Assembly: GCA_038207335.1 (NCBI GenBank) | Contig: JBBQZX010000011.1 | Coordinates: forward strand, 1-64,000 | Origin: Chthoniobacterales bacterium | GTDB taxonomy: Bacteria > Verrucomicrobiota > Verrucomicrobiia > Chthoniobacterales > Chthoniobacteraceae | Length of the DNA: 64,000 nucleotides | Direction of reading: 5' to 3' | Shown: positions 9,947-18,807 of the stretch, piece after piece | Position numbering within the stretch: position 1 is the first letter of the stretch | Layout of the letters: every line of letters starts with the position of its first letter | The notes under the pieces: model-generated | Seen by the model: the letters and a program-made list of their open reading frames with translations, nothing else | The model's database searches: none | Told to the model about the DNA's origin: nothing | Translations under genes and position numbers: made by a program

Positions 9947-10356
9947 AAGAGCGCGCACCCTACCCTCCCCTCCCCTCGCCCCGCAAGCCCGCACATGCGC
10001 GTATCGGAGGACCCATTCGCGGAATTTGTCACGGCGGGTGCCGGGGGAGATGTGGCGGGAGGGCATGGGAAGGTGTGGTTTGGGTGGGTTTGCTGGCGCG
10101 GAGGGTGGGATGAGACGGGTTACAGGGAGAAACGGCGATTTACTCTGTTGCAGGGTGCGATATTTCCGGTCACGGCGCCCTTGTAGAACTGCAACGTGCG
10201 GCATTTTCAGTCATGGCGCACCTTGCAGGACCGCGGAAGATGCGGTTTTTCGCGGAGCTGGGGCGGGCAGGGCGGGCGGAGGCCGAGGTGCTTCCAAGGG
10301 GAAGACCGCACCTGTTTTTGACTCGCTAGGCGGCGATGCGTGGGCTCAGGGAGGGC

Positions 10357-10977
10357 TCAGGCGAGGCCGAGGTGTTTTAGGACTTCGGGAGGAGGGCCGG
10401 GGAATTCGGCTAGGGGGGTGTTGCCGATGTAACCGATGGCTTTCCAGCCTTCAGGGGTGGTGTAGTAGCCGCCGGCGGTGAGGGTGCGCATTTTAGAGAA
10501 GAATGCGGCGGGGCCTTTATATGCGGGTGCGGCTTTGGAGACGGAGCAGATGTCGTCGCAGATTTTCTCGCGCTCGCCGGGGGTGAGGTCGGGGAAGGGC
10601 TTTTGGAAGCGAGTCTGGCTCTCTTTTTCGATCCAAGTGAGGCCGGGGCGGATGGCGTCGCGGTCACCGACCTGCTGGGCGTAGGGGGCGCTGACCCATT
10701 CGTCGATGAAGTCGGGGACGCCGACGGCGCTGGCCGCGGGGGAGGTGTCGTCGGCGGGGATGATGGTGTCGCAGAGGGCGGTGACGGTGCGCAGCTCGGC
10801 GTCGGTGAGGAGGCGCGGCCAGGGAATGATTTTCTTGTGAAGGTCGGGGTCCATGCCGATGCCGGGCGGGACTCCGGTGGCGCCGGCTGCGGTGAAGTCG
10901 AGGGCGCCGATGGTGGCGGCGGCGCCGAGAATCCAGCGCATGGCGTCGCGACGGCTGACGGGGCGGGGTGTGTTCAT
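10357..10977 (-). CDS. Gluconate 2-dehydrogenase subunit 3 family (small subunit), Tat-exported
   Basis: SRRDAM twin-Arg motif; LCDTIIP, VPDFID, GYYTTPEGWKAIGY; adjacent to the GMC gene. Confidence 0.88.
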   Translation of the reverse strand: MNTPRPVSRRDAMRWILGAAATIGALDFTAAGATGVPPGIGMDPDLHKKIIPWPRLLTDAELRTVTALCDTIIPADDTSPAASAVGVPDFIDEWVSAPYAQQVGDRDAIRPGLTWIEKESQTRFQKPFPDLTPGEREKICDDICSVSKAAPAYKGPAAFFSKMRTLTAGGYYTTPEGWKAIGYIGNTPLAEFPGPPPEVLKHLGLA

Positions 10978-12741
10978 TTAGAGGTTTCCTTTTTTGAGCT
11001 GGTCGGCGAGGTGCTCGCAGGAGCGCATGGCGAGGGCCATGATGGAGAGGGTGGGGTTTTTGTCGGCGTTGGAGGCGAAGGGGCCGCCGTCGGTGACGAA
11101 GAGGTTGGGGATTTCCCAGGACTGGCACCATTGGTTGAGGACGGAGCTTTTGGCATCGACGCCCATGCAGGTGGTGCCGACTTCGTGGATGATGGTGCCA
11201 CCGGCCATGATGGCTTTCGCGCCGTCGGTCTCGACGGTGCCGAGGACTTTCCCGCCCATGCCCTCGATGATGCCGGCAAAGGTGCGCTGCATGTGAGCGG
11301 CCTGGCGGGTCTCGTGGTCGCTCCATTTCCAGAAGAAGCGGAGGACGGGGATGCCCCACTTGTCCTTTTTGTCGGGGTCGATTTCGCAGTAGCTGTCGTC
11401 GTTGGGGATCATCTCGCCGCGGCCCGCGAAGCCGATGACAGAGCCGTAGTAGCGGCGCGCGTCTTCTTTGAAACGGCGTCCGTAGGTGCCACCGGTGAGT
11501 TCGTCGGGCGCGGGATTCGTCATGCCGGGCATGCGGCGTCCGCCGCCGAACTCGATGTGGTAGCCGCGGGCGAAGTCGAGCTGGCCGGCGGCTTGTTTTT
11601 GGTAACCCCACCACGGCATGTACATGTGCATGGCGGAGGCGCCGTCCTCGTTGTGCGGCGGGCAGTTTTCAAGCGCGGGGATTTGGCCGGTGACGCTGGA
11701 CCCGACGGTGTCCATGAGGTATTTGCCGACTTTACCGCTGCCGTTGGCAAGGCCATTTGGGAAAAGCGCGCTCTTGGAGTTGAGGAGGATTCGCGCGGAT
11801 TCGCACCCGCTCGCGGCGAGCACGATGACGCGCGCTTTTACCACGACGTCGCGCCCCGTCTCTTTGTCGATGTAGGAGACGCCGGTGGCTTTGCCCGACT
11901 TGTCGAGCGTCACTTCTCGCACCATGGCGTCTGTGATGATGTCGAGATGGCCGGTGGCGATGGCGGGCGGGAGGAGGACGGTGGTGGACTGGAAGTTGGC
12001 CTTGATGGAGCAGCCACGCCCGCAGTCGGTGGCGTAGAAGCAGGCTTGGCGGCCGTTGAGCGGCTTCGTGAGAATTGCTTGGTGCGACGGGATGACGGGG
12101 ATGCCGAGACGATCGCAGGTTTTTTTGGTGAGGAGCTCGTAGCCGCGCGGCTTCGGCGGCGGCTGGAGGATTCCCGGCGAGGAGTTGGGCGTGTTTTCGA
12201 GGCCCTCATTGCTGCCCCAGACGCCGACGACGGCCTCGGTGCGGTCGTAGAAAGGCGCGAGGTCGTCGTAGCCGATGGGCCAGTCGAGGCCGAGGCCGTC
12301 GCGGGACTTGGGCTTGAAGTCGTACGGACCCATGCGGAGCGCGATGCGGCCCCAGTGGTTGGTGCGCCCACCGAGCATGCGCGGGCGCCACCACATGAAG
12401 TTCTGTTCGGTGCCCACAGCCCGCCAGTCGCCGGCCTCGGTCCAGGCGCCGTCTTTTTTCACGACGTATGGCTCCCCGGGCACCGTCCAGCCACCGCCCG
12501 CTGTGGCGTCGAAAAAGCCGAAGTGTTTGTCGGGCGTGGAGGCGCCTCGCAGCGGCGCATCTTTCGGTGTCTCGAACATCGGAGTCTCTGCGACCGGGTC
12601 GTAATTTCGTCCAGCCTCGAGCATGAGCACCTTCACGCCCAGCCCCGCGAGCACATACGCCGACATGCCACCCGCCGCCCCCGAGCCGACGATGATGACG
12701 TCATAATCGCGCGCGGTCTTGGAGGGAGTGATGAGGGGCAT
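10978..12741 (-). CDS. GMC family flavoprotein oxidoreductase (glycoside 3-dehydrogenase-like)
   Basis: GSGAAGG, LGGRTNHWG, HEVGT, NLFVTDG, KNPTLSIMALA. Confidence 0.93.
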   Translation of the reverse strand: MPLITPSKTARDYDVIIVGSGAAGGMSAYVLAGLGVKVLMLEAGRNYDPVAETPMFETPKDAPLRGASTPDKHFGFFDATAGGGWTVPGEPYVVKKDGAWTEAGDWRAVGTEQNFMWWRPRMLGGRTNHWGRIALRMGPYDFKPKSRDGLGLDWPIGYDDLAPFYDRTEAVVGVWGSNEGLENTPNSSPGILQPPPKPRGYELLTKKTCDRLGIPVIPSHQAILTKPLNGRQACFYATDCGRGCSIKANFQSTTVLLPPAIATGHLDIITDAMVREVTLDKSGKATGVSYIDKETGRDVVVKARVIVLAASGCESARILLNSKSALFPNGLANGSGKVGKYLMDTVGSSVTGQIPALENCPPHNEDGASAMHMYMPWWGYQKQAAGQLDFARGYHIEFGGGRRMPGMTNPAPDELTGGTYGRRFKEDARRYYGSVIGFAGRGEMIPNDDSYCEIDPDKKDKWGIPVLRFFWKWSDHETRQAAHMQRTFAGIIEGMGGKVLGTVETDGAKAIMAGGTIIHEVGTTCMGVDAKSSVLNQWCQSWEIPNLFVTDGGPFASNADKNPTLSIMALAMRSCEHLADQLKKGNL

Positions 12742-12925
12742 GTGAAAAAGGTATGCGCCCGCGACGCGCGATTTTCAACCGCGAAGGAGGACGATCTCGG
12801 TGCACGCATCGCGAGTAGGTTGCGGGCTTGCGCTGCTTCGCGAAGAGGGGATGCCGATTCCGGCACCGCATTCGAGCGCGGAGTTGGTCGAGGTCGGTTA
12901 AGGCGACCTCGCGCCTCCAGTCCAC

Positions 12926-12959
12926 GAAAAAGGCCACACTTTGCAGCGCGGCCTTTTTC
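12926..12959 (-). terminator. Intrinsic terminator of the dksA-rpmG-rpsR unit
   Basis: Minus strand GGCCGCGCU-GCAA-AGUGUGGCC followed by UUUUU. Confidence 0.8.
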
Positions 12960-12982
12960 TAAAAAACGAATCGCCTTAGCGA

Positions 12983-13222
12983 CTACCGCATGAGGAGCAC
13001 GGAACGGGCGCGCTTGATCTCGCGGTTGATTCGGCGATGGAAATGCGCGGGCATTCCGGTGATGCGGCGCGGCAGGATTTTGCCGCTCTCAGTGATGAAT
13101 TTGCGGAGGATGTCCGGGTTCTTGTAGTCGATCGCCTCGAGCGCGATGTCGATGCGGCGGCGCGGCATCGATTTGTTGTGCCGGCGGAAATTGGTGCGGC
13201 GTTGCGGTGTCTTGGGCTGCAT
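12983..13222 (-). CDS. rpsR: 30S ribosomal protein S18, Cys-free form
   Basis: [26 protein letters not shown]...IKRAR. Confidence 0.96.
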   Translation of the reverse strand: MQPKTPQRRTNFRRHNKSMPRRRIDIALEAIDYKNPDILRKFITESGKILPRRITGMPAHFHRRINREIKRARSVLLMR

Positions 13223-13247
13223 AGAATTAATTCAATTACTCGAAGCG

Positions 13248-13421
13248 TTACTTCGTCTCGCGGTGGAGCGTGTGGCGCTTGAGGTTCGGGTTGTACTTCT
13301 TCTTTTCGAGCCGGGTCGGGGTGTTGAGGCTCTTTTTGTTGCGCGTGGAGATGTAGCGCGAGACGGGCTTGCCTTCGGCTTTCGCCTCCGTGCATTCGAG
13401 GATGATAAAATCGCGGGCCAT
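13248..13421 (-). CDS. rpmG: 50S ribosomal protein L33 (57 aa; absent from the ORF track)
   Basis: Manual translation: [57 protein letters not shown]. Confidence 0.95.
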   Translation of the reverse strand: MARDFIILECTEAKAEGKPVSRYISTRNKKSLNTPTRLEKKKYNPNLKRHTLHRETK

Positions 13422-13429
13422 ATAACTTG

Positions 13430-14287
13430 TTATTCTTTGGTGTCTGCGGGTGCTTCTTCTTCTTCGCCTTCGGCAGTCTCCTCTCCCTCGGTAAGTCCGA
13501 AGAGTGAGGTGACCGGGACCCGGCTGCGGGAGACTTTATTCTGCTTCTCGAGCTGCGACTGGCACTCGACGGTGTAGCGGGTGAAAGGGATGGCCTCAAG
13601 TCGGGCGTGCGCGATCGGCTTGCCGCTCATCTCGCAGGTGCCGTAGTTGCCGCGCTCGACACGCTTGATCGCTTCCTCGATTTCGTAAAGTGCATCCTGC
13701 TCCTGAGACAGGAGGCTCAGCGCGAAGTCGCGGTCGTAAGCGTCGCTGCCGGCATCGGCCTGGTGCATCCCAAATGCGCTGGCCTCGCTGCCCTCGGCGC
13801 GCGAGCGCAGGGTGTCCTTTGCCACGCCGGTCATCGAGTCGAGCATGTTGTCCCGCAGATGGATGAGGCGCTCTTTTTGCTTGCGCAAAAATGGGCTCAA
13901 CTTTGCATCCGCAGCCGCTTCCTTCTTGCCATTCGCTCCGGTGAAAAATGTCTCCTTCGAGTGATCCACATGCTTCTCTCCGCCGTTGGCCTTCGTCACT
14001 TTCTTCGGTGCCACCGTCTCCGTTTTCGCGGGTTTCTTCACCGCCACTTTCTCAGCCTTTACGACTTTCTTCGGCGCAGACTTCTCGGCCTTTTTCGGCG
14101 CCGTTTTGACTGCGGGCTTCGCCGGCTTTTTCGCGGCCTTCTCGGCTCGCGGTGCGGGCGTGACTTTGACTGACTTTGCCACTTTCACCTTGCCTGCCGG
14201 CTTCGCGGCGCGCGCCGATTTCGCGGATTTCACAGGCGCGGATTTTTTCGGTTTCGCGGGAGCTTTTGCTGGCTTGGACTTGGGCAT
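13430..14287 (-). CDS. DksA/TraR family regulator with a long Lys/Ala/Pro-rich N-terminal tail
   Basis: HQADAGSD coiled-coil tip; [29 protein letters not shown]. Confidence 0.88.
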   Translation of the reverse strand: MPKSKPAKAPAKPKKSAPVKSAKSARAAKPAGKVKVAKSVKVTPAPRAEKAAKKPAKPAVKTAPKKAEKSAPKKVVKAEKVAVKKPAKTETVAPKKVTKANGGEKHVDHSKETFFTGANGKKEAAADAKLSPFLRKQKERLIHLRDNMLDSMTGVAKDTLRSRAEGSEASAFGMHQADAGSDAYDRDFALSLLSQEQDALYEIEEAIKRVERGNYGTCEMSGKPIAHARLEAIPFTRYTVECQSQLEKQNKVSRSRVPVTSLFGLTEGEETAEGEEEEAPADTKE

Positions 14288-14410
14288 GACGGTCGGAAAA
14301 TTTGGGGGGTCTGAAAATTTGAGGCGCGTTACTTAATGAGTTCACCTCACATGCGCAAGGGGTTTCCCGAACTAATTTCGCCGCGGTTTTCCCAGCAAAA
14401 GTCAGCGCGC

Positions 14411-15241
14411 TCAGGAACTCGCACTCGAGTATTTTCGCAGCGCAAAAAGCCAGAACGCCCGGCTCGCGAGCGTAACGAAAATCGAGGCGGCGGCGAGTTG
14501 CGCGACGCCGCGCAGCGGCGATTCCATCCCACGGGCGAGCAGCCGTGCGGGGACATTCGCGACGAGAATCACCGGGATGACGTAGCTGAAGATGACGCGG
14601 AATGCTCCGCGGAAAATGACGTCGGGATACCGCGCGATGTTGAAGAGATTGAAGTATCCGTAGATAAGCCCCTGCGCTCGGACGATCCAGAAACTGAACG
14701 TGGCGAGCGTGAAGAGCACGGCGTAGTGGATGGCGACGCCGAACCCGAGGGCGATGAGATAAAGCGCGACCTGATACGGCTCCGGGACAATCCCGAGGCG
14801 CGTGAGCGACACGACGACGATGGCGACGCCGACGCCCGCATTGACGAGATTGTCGAGCCCGAACTGCCGCGTGGAGACGGCGAATTGCGGATCGACCGGC
14901 AGCACGAGCATGAGGTCGAGGCGCCCGGTGCGCACGAGTTCGGGGAGATTCGCCACATTCACATAAAAGAACGACTGAAAAATCTGTCCGACGATCTGGT
15001 GAGTACCGACGAGCAGAACGACCTCCCACTTTGTCCAATCGCCGATGCGATCGACATACTGGAACATCACCTCGATGAAGACCATCTGGCCGAGGAACCA
15101 CAGCAACTCGACGAAGAGCCAGAGGATGAAATTCGCCTTGAAACTCATCTCGCGGATCAGCGAGTTGCGGATCATCAGCCAGTAGATTTCGAGGTAGCGA
15201 GACAAGGTGTGGAGGGTTGGTTTTTGGCGGATGAAATTCAA
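14411..15241 (-). CDS. ABC-2 family (DUF990-like) permease
   Basis: Six-TM pattern; LVRTGRLDLMLVLPVDPQF, ARYPDVIF, P..L motif. Start uncertain. Confidence 0.8.
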   Translation of the reverse strand: MNFIRQKPTLHTLSRYLEIYWLMIRNSLIREMSFKANFILWLFVELLWFLGQMVFIEVMFQYVDRIGDWTKWEVVLLVGTHQIVGQIFQSFFYVNVANLPELVRTGRLDLMLVLPVDPQFAVSTRQFGLDNLVNAGVGVAIVVVSLTRLGIVPEPYQVALYLIALGFGVAIHYAVLFTLATFSFWIVRAQGLIYGYFNLFNIARYPDVIFRGAFRVIFSYVIPVILVANVPARLLARGMESPLRGVAQLAAASIFVTLASRAFWLFALRKYSSASS

Positions 15242-15372
15242 GCGCCTGGGCGGGCGCGCCGCTGTGGGAAAATTTCGCGCGTCGCGGCAGACAACTCGCG
15301 CAGTAGTGCGGCGTTGTATGGATGTGCAGCGCTTGCAATCCCGCAGGTCTGCCGAAACGAACCAAAACCCAA

Positions 15373-15780
15373 ATGAAAAAACTGATCACGACATTGGGCG
15401 TCCTGGCTGTTGCCACCTCGCTCACTTTTGCAGAAGACAAACCGCCCGGCAGTCCCGGTGGCCCCGGCGGTGACGGTCATCGCCCACGTCCGAATCCGGA
15501 GGAGATGTTCAAAAAGCTGGATACGAATAACGACGGCTCGATCAGCCTCGATGAGTTCAAAGCCGGCCCGATGGCGCAGCGCGACAAGGAACCGGGGCAC
15601 GTCGAGGAGGTCTTCAAGAAGATCGACAAGGACGGCGACGGAAAGGTGACGCTCGAGGAATTCAAAGCCGGTCGCCCGCCGCGCCCCGATGGCCCCGGCG
15701 GTCCTGAAGGCGGCGGCCCGGGCAAGGGGCGCGGCCCCGGTCACGGCCCCAAGGACGGCAAGCCTCCCGGGCCGGCGTAG
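15373..15780 (+). CDS. Secreted EF-hand protein
   Basis: Signal peptide MKKLITTL; loops DTNNDGSISLDEF and DKDGDGKVTLEEF; Gly/Pro-rich tails. Confidence 0.88.
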   Translation: MKKLITTLGVLAVATSLTFAEDKPPGSPGGPGGDGHRPRPNPEEMFKKLDTNNDGSISLDEFKAGPMAQRDKEPGHVEEVFKKIDKDGDGKVTLEEFKAGRPPRPDGPGGPEGGGPGKGRGPGHGPKDGKPPGPA

Positions 15781-15807
15781 TCCCCGGGAACTTCGCAGTC
15801 AGCATTC

Positions 15808-15840
15808 AACGCCGCGCCCGTGTCCCGGGCGCGGCGTTTT
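15808..15840 (+). terminator. Intrinsic terminator
   Basis: AACGCCGCGCCCG / CGGGCGCGGCGTT stem followed by a T-run. Confidence 0.75.
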
Positions 15841-15857
15841 GCGTTTGGATGGACGTC

Positions 15858-15929
15858 CATTGCAGCCGGGATCGCCGATCCCGCCGGGGCTCACGCGACC
15901 ACCGGGGATCGGCGATCCCAGCCACAATG
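15858..15929. repeat. REP/REPIN-like inverted pair
   Basis: CATTGCAGCCGGGATCGCCGATCCC and an inverted copy CATTGTGGCTGGGATCGCCGATCCC, each internally palindromic, lie between convergent genes. Confidence 0.65.
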
Positions 15930-15931
15930 GC

Positions 15932-16663
15932 TTACGCGTTCATCAGCGCCACGATCACATTGTCCGCACGCTTCACCGCAGTCCGCATTTCATCGAGGAT
16001 CGCGCGGTTCGATTCGTTTGCTGCGATCACTTCGTCACTCGCCAGCGCGTCCATTCCTGCCATGAGAATATTGAGCGGGTTGCGAATCTCATGCGCCGTC
16101 TCGTGCGCGAGCCGCGAGGTCGTCAGCGCGTTCTGCGCATCGAGGAGTTGCTGCTGCGTCGCCTGCAAATCGGCGAGCGCCCCCTCGAGCCGCCCCTGCC
16201 GGTTCGCGAGGTCCGAATTGATTCGTTCGAGTTCATCTTCGAGCGCCTTTTGCGCCGTGAAATCCTTCGAGATTCCGCACGTCCCGAGCAACTCTCCCTG
16301 CGCATTTCGCAGCGGCATTTTCGTCGTGAGCGCCCATCGCACCGATCCGTCGGACAGAGTCTCCTTTTCCACCTTTCCCACCATCGCCTCGCCGGTCGCC
16401 ATGATCCGGCGCTCGTCCGCCAGCGCTGGCTCGGCGTGTTCTTTGGTAAAAAAATCAAGGTCCGACTTCCCGATCGCCTCCATCGCGCTCGCCAGACCGA
16501 AGTAATGCGCCATCGCACGGCTGATGCGGATGAATCGGCTCTCGCGGTCCTTGAAATAAATGCGGTCCGGGATGTTCTCGAGCAGGAAGTGGAGTAGTCC
16601 GCGCTCGCTCGTTCCCACGTGCGCGAGCTTTGCGAGGAGGTCGGGGGAAATTTCGTCGGACAT
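15932..16663 (-). CDS. PAS/PAC + HisKA protein lacking the HATPase domain
   Basis: LLENIPDRIYFKD...WALTTKMPLRN..GISKDFT, a coiled coil, AHEIRNPL; stops about 45 aa after the H-box. Confidence 0.85.
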   Translation of the reverse strand: MSDEISPDLLAKLAHVGTSERGLLHFLLENIPDRIYFKDRESRFIRISRAMAHYFGLASAMEAIGKSDLDFFTKEHAEPALADERRIMATGEAMVGKVEKETLSDGSVRWALTTKMPLRNAQGELLGTCGISKDFTAQKALEDELERINSDLANRQGRLEGALADLQATQQQLLDAQNALTTSRLAHETAHEIRNPLNILMAGMDALASDEVIAANESNRAILDEMRTAVKRADNVIVALMNA

Positions 16664-16680
16664 GGCTTGAGCGGGCGTTC

Positions 16681-17730
16681 TCAGACGGCTGGTTGCGCTA
16701 CGTTGTAGTGCATTTCCGATGCCTCGCGCAACCGCGCCGCAGCAGCCTCCGGAGTCAGGTCGCGCTGCGGCTCCGCGAGCATCTCGTAGCCGACCATGAA
16801 TTTTTTCACCGTCGCGGAGCGGAGCAGCGGCGGATAAAAATGCGCGTGGAGCTGCCAGTGCGCGTCACTTTCCTCCGAGAGAAAAGGCGCGCCGTGCCAG
16901 CCCATCGAATACGGGAAAGACGTCTGGAAAAGATTGTCGTAGCGCGTGAGCAGGCGGCGGAGGATTTCCGAGAGCGCATCGCGCTGCGCATCGATGAGAT
17001 CCGGCAGGCGCGCGACCCGCGCTCGCGGCAGCAGCAGGATTTCAAAAGGCCACACCGCCCAATACGGCACGACCGCCAGCCAGTGCTCATTCTCCACGAC
17101 CACGCGCGCGCCGTCCGCCGCCTCCCGCCGCGCATAATCCACCAGCAGCGGCGTCTCATTTTTCTCCAGATACCGCCGCTGCTCGCGATCCTCTTTTTGA
17201 ATTTCATTCGGCAGTTCATCGCTCGCCCAAATTTGTCCGTGTGGATGCGGATTCGAGCAGCCCATCACGTCGCCCTTGTTCTCGAAAACCTGCACCCAGC
17301 GCCAGTCCCGACCTAGCTCCGTGACTTGATCCGCCCACGTATCGACCACCCGCCGGATGTCCGCCGCCGGCATCCGCGCCAGCGTCAAATCGTGCCGCGG
17401 TGAAAAGCAAATCACCCGGCACAATCCGCGCACCGGCTTCGTGTAAAATAGCGGGTCATCCGCGCCATCAGGCGCCCCGCCCTCCGGCAGCAGCGCCGCG
17501 AAGTCATTCGAGAAAACGAACGTGTCGAGGTAGTCGGGATTGCGCTCTCCATTCGCCCGCACATTCCCCGCGCAGAGATAGCACTGCGGATCGTGCGCCG
17601 GCCGCGCATCGCCCGCTGCCGCCTCCTGTCGTCCCTGCCACGGACGCTGCGTGCGGTGCGGCGACACCAGCACCCATTCCCCACTCAGCGCATTGCGCCG
17701 TCGATGCGGACGGTCGATCTGCGTGCTCAT
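16681..17730 (-). CDS. galT: Galactose-1-phosphate uridylyltransferase
   Basis: [51 protein letters not shown]. Confidence 0.97.
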   Translation of the reverse strand: MSTQIDRPHRRRNALSGEWVLVSPHRTQRPWQGRQEAAAGDARPAHDPQCYLCAGNVRANGERNPDYLDTFVFSNDFAALLPEGGAPDGADDPLFYTKPVRGLCRVICFSPRHDLTLARMPAADIRRVVDTWADQVTELGRDWRWVQVFENKGDVMGCSNPHPHGQIWASDELPNEIQKEDREQRRYLEKNETPLLVDYARREAADGARVVVENEHWLAVVPYWAVWPFEILLLPRARVARLPDLIDAQRDALSEILRRLLTRYDNLFQTSFPYSMGWHGAPFLSEESDAHWQLHAHFYPPLLRSATVKKFMVGYEMLAEPQRDLTPEAAAARLREASEMHYNVAQPAV

Positions 17731-17750
17731 GCTCGCCGAAACGACGCCGC

Positions 17751-18746
17751 TCAATACTTCCGATTCGGCAGTTCCGCAGCCGCCGTGCTCTGGTCGAACA
17801 CCCGGTCGGGCACCACCGTTTTCTTCGGGAGTTCTCCACCCTTCACCGCCTTCTCCACCGCGTCGAAAGCCATCGGCCCCAGAAGCGGATTGCACTCCAC
17901 CGTGCAATTCGCCTTCCCCGCCACCATCGCCTCGAACGCGCCCTTCACCCCGTCAATCGACACCACAATCACATCCGTCCCCGGCTTCTTTCCCGCCTCA
18001 TCGAGCGCCTGAACCGCACCCAGCGCCATATCATCGTTATGTGCATACACCACCGTCACTTCGGGATGCACCTTTAGCAGCGCCTCGGTCACTTCCTTGC
18101 CGCCGCTGCGGCGAAAATCACCGCTCTGCGACGCCACGATCTTCATGTCGGGATGCGACGAAATCGCCTCCTCAAAACCTTTCTTCCGATCGATCGCCGG
18201 AGCCGCTCCCGGCGTTCCCTGCAGCTCGATGATCTGCGCCTTCCCGTCCGTCTTTTTCGCCAGCCAGTCCCCCGCCATCTTCCCTTCATTCACAAAGTCC
18301 GATGCAATCAGCGTCGCAAACAGCGACTCGTCATCCACCTTCACCCCTCGATCGACGAGCACCACCGGAATCTTCGCCTGCTTCGCCTCTCGCAACACCG
18401 GCTCCCAGCCCGTCTCCACCACCGGCGCCAGCACGATCGCATCCACTCCCTGCGCGATGAACCCGCGCACCGCCTTGATCTGATTCTCCTGTTTCCCCTG
18501 CGCATCGGAGAACTTCAAATTCACCCCACGCTTCTCCCCTTCGCCTCTGATCGAATCCGTCTCCGCCGTCCGCCAAGCGCTCTCCGCCCCGACCTGCGCG
18601 AAACCGACAGTCAGCTTCTTGTCACCGGACGCATTCGACGCCCCGCCTCCATCCGCCTTCTTGTCGCAGCCGACGATGACAGTTGAAAGTGCAAGCAAGC
18701 CAGCGAGACAAACTCGGCGCGAGATAGGAGTGAGAGGTAGTTTCAT
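17751..18746 (-). CDS. Sugar ABC transporter binding lipoprotein, YtfQ-like (galactofuranose)
   Basis: Lipobox-like [50 protein letters not shown]. Confidence 0.9.
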   Translation of the reverse strand: MKLPLTPISRRVCLAGLLALSTVIVGCDKKADGGGASNASGDKKLTVGFAQVGAESAWRTAETDSIRGEGEKRGVNLKFSDAQGKQENQIKAVRGFIAQGVDAIVLAPVVETGWEPVLREAKQAKIPVVLVDRGVKVDDESLFATLIASDFVNEGKMAGDWLAKKTDGKAQIIELQGTPGAAPAIDRKKGFEEAISSHPDMKIVASQSGDFRRSGGKEVTEALLKVHPEVTVVYAHNDDMALGAVQALDEAGKKPGTDVIVVSIDGVKGAFEAMVAGKANCTVECNPLLGPMAFDAVEKAVKGGELPKKTVVPDRVFDQSTAAAELPNRKY

Positions 18747-18807
18747 GGGGATGTCTTTGGTTTGGGAAAATCGAAGATTAGATTTCAAATCGAAATAGCT
18801 CAAGCCG

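Noticed and set aside
10603..12993. 796-aa plus-strand ORF, and similar long ORFs at 19759-21219, 28052-29272, 40125-41465, 49408-51621 and 56950-58482
   Set aside because: These are antisense shadows of well-supported genes in GC-rich DNA and have no recognisable motifs.
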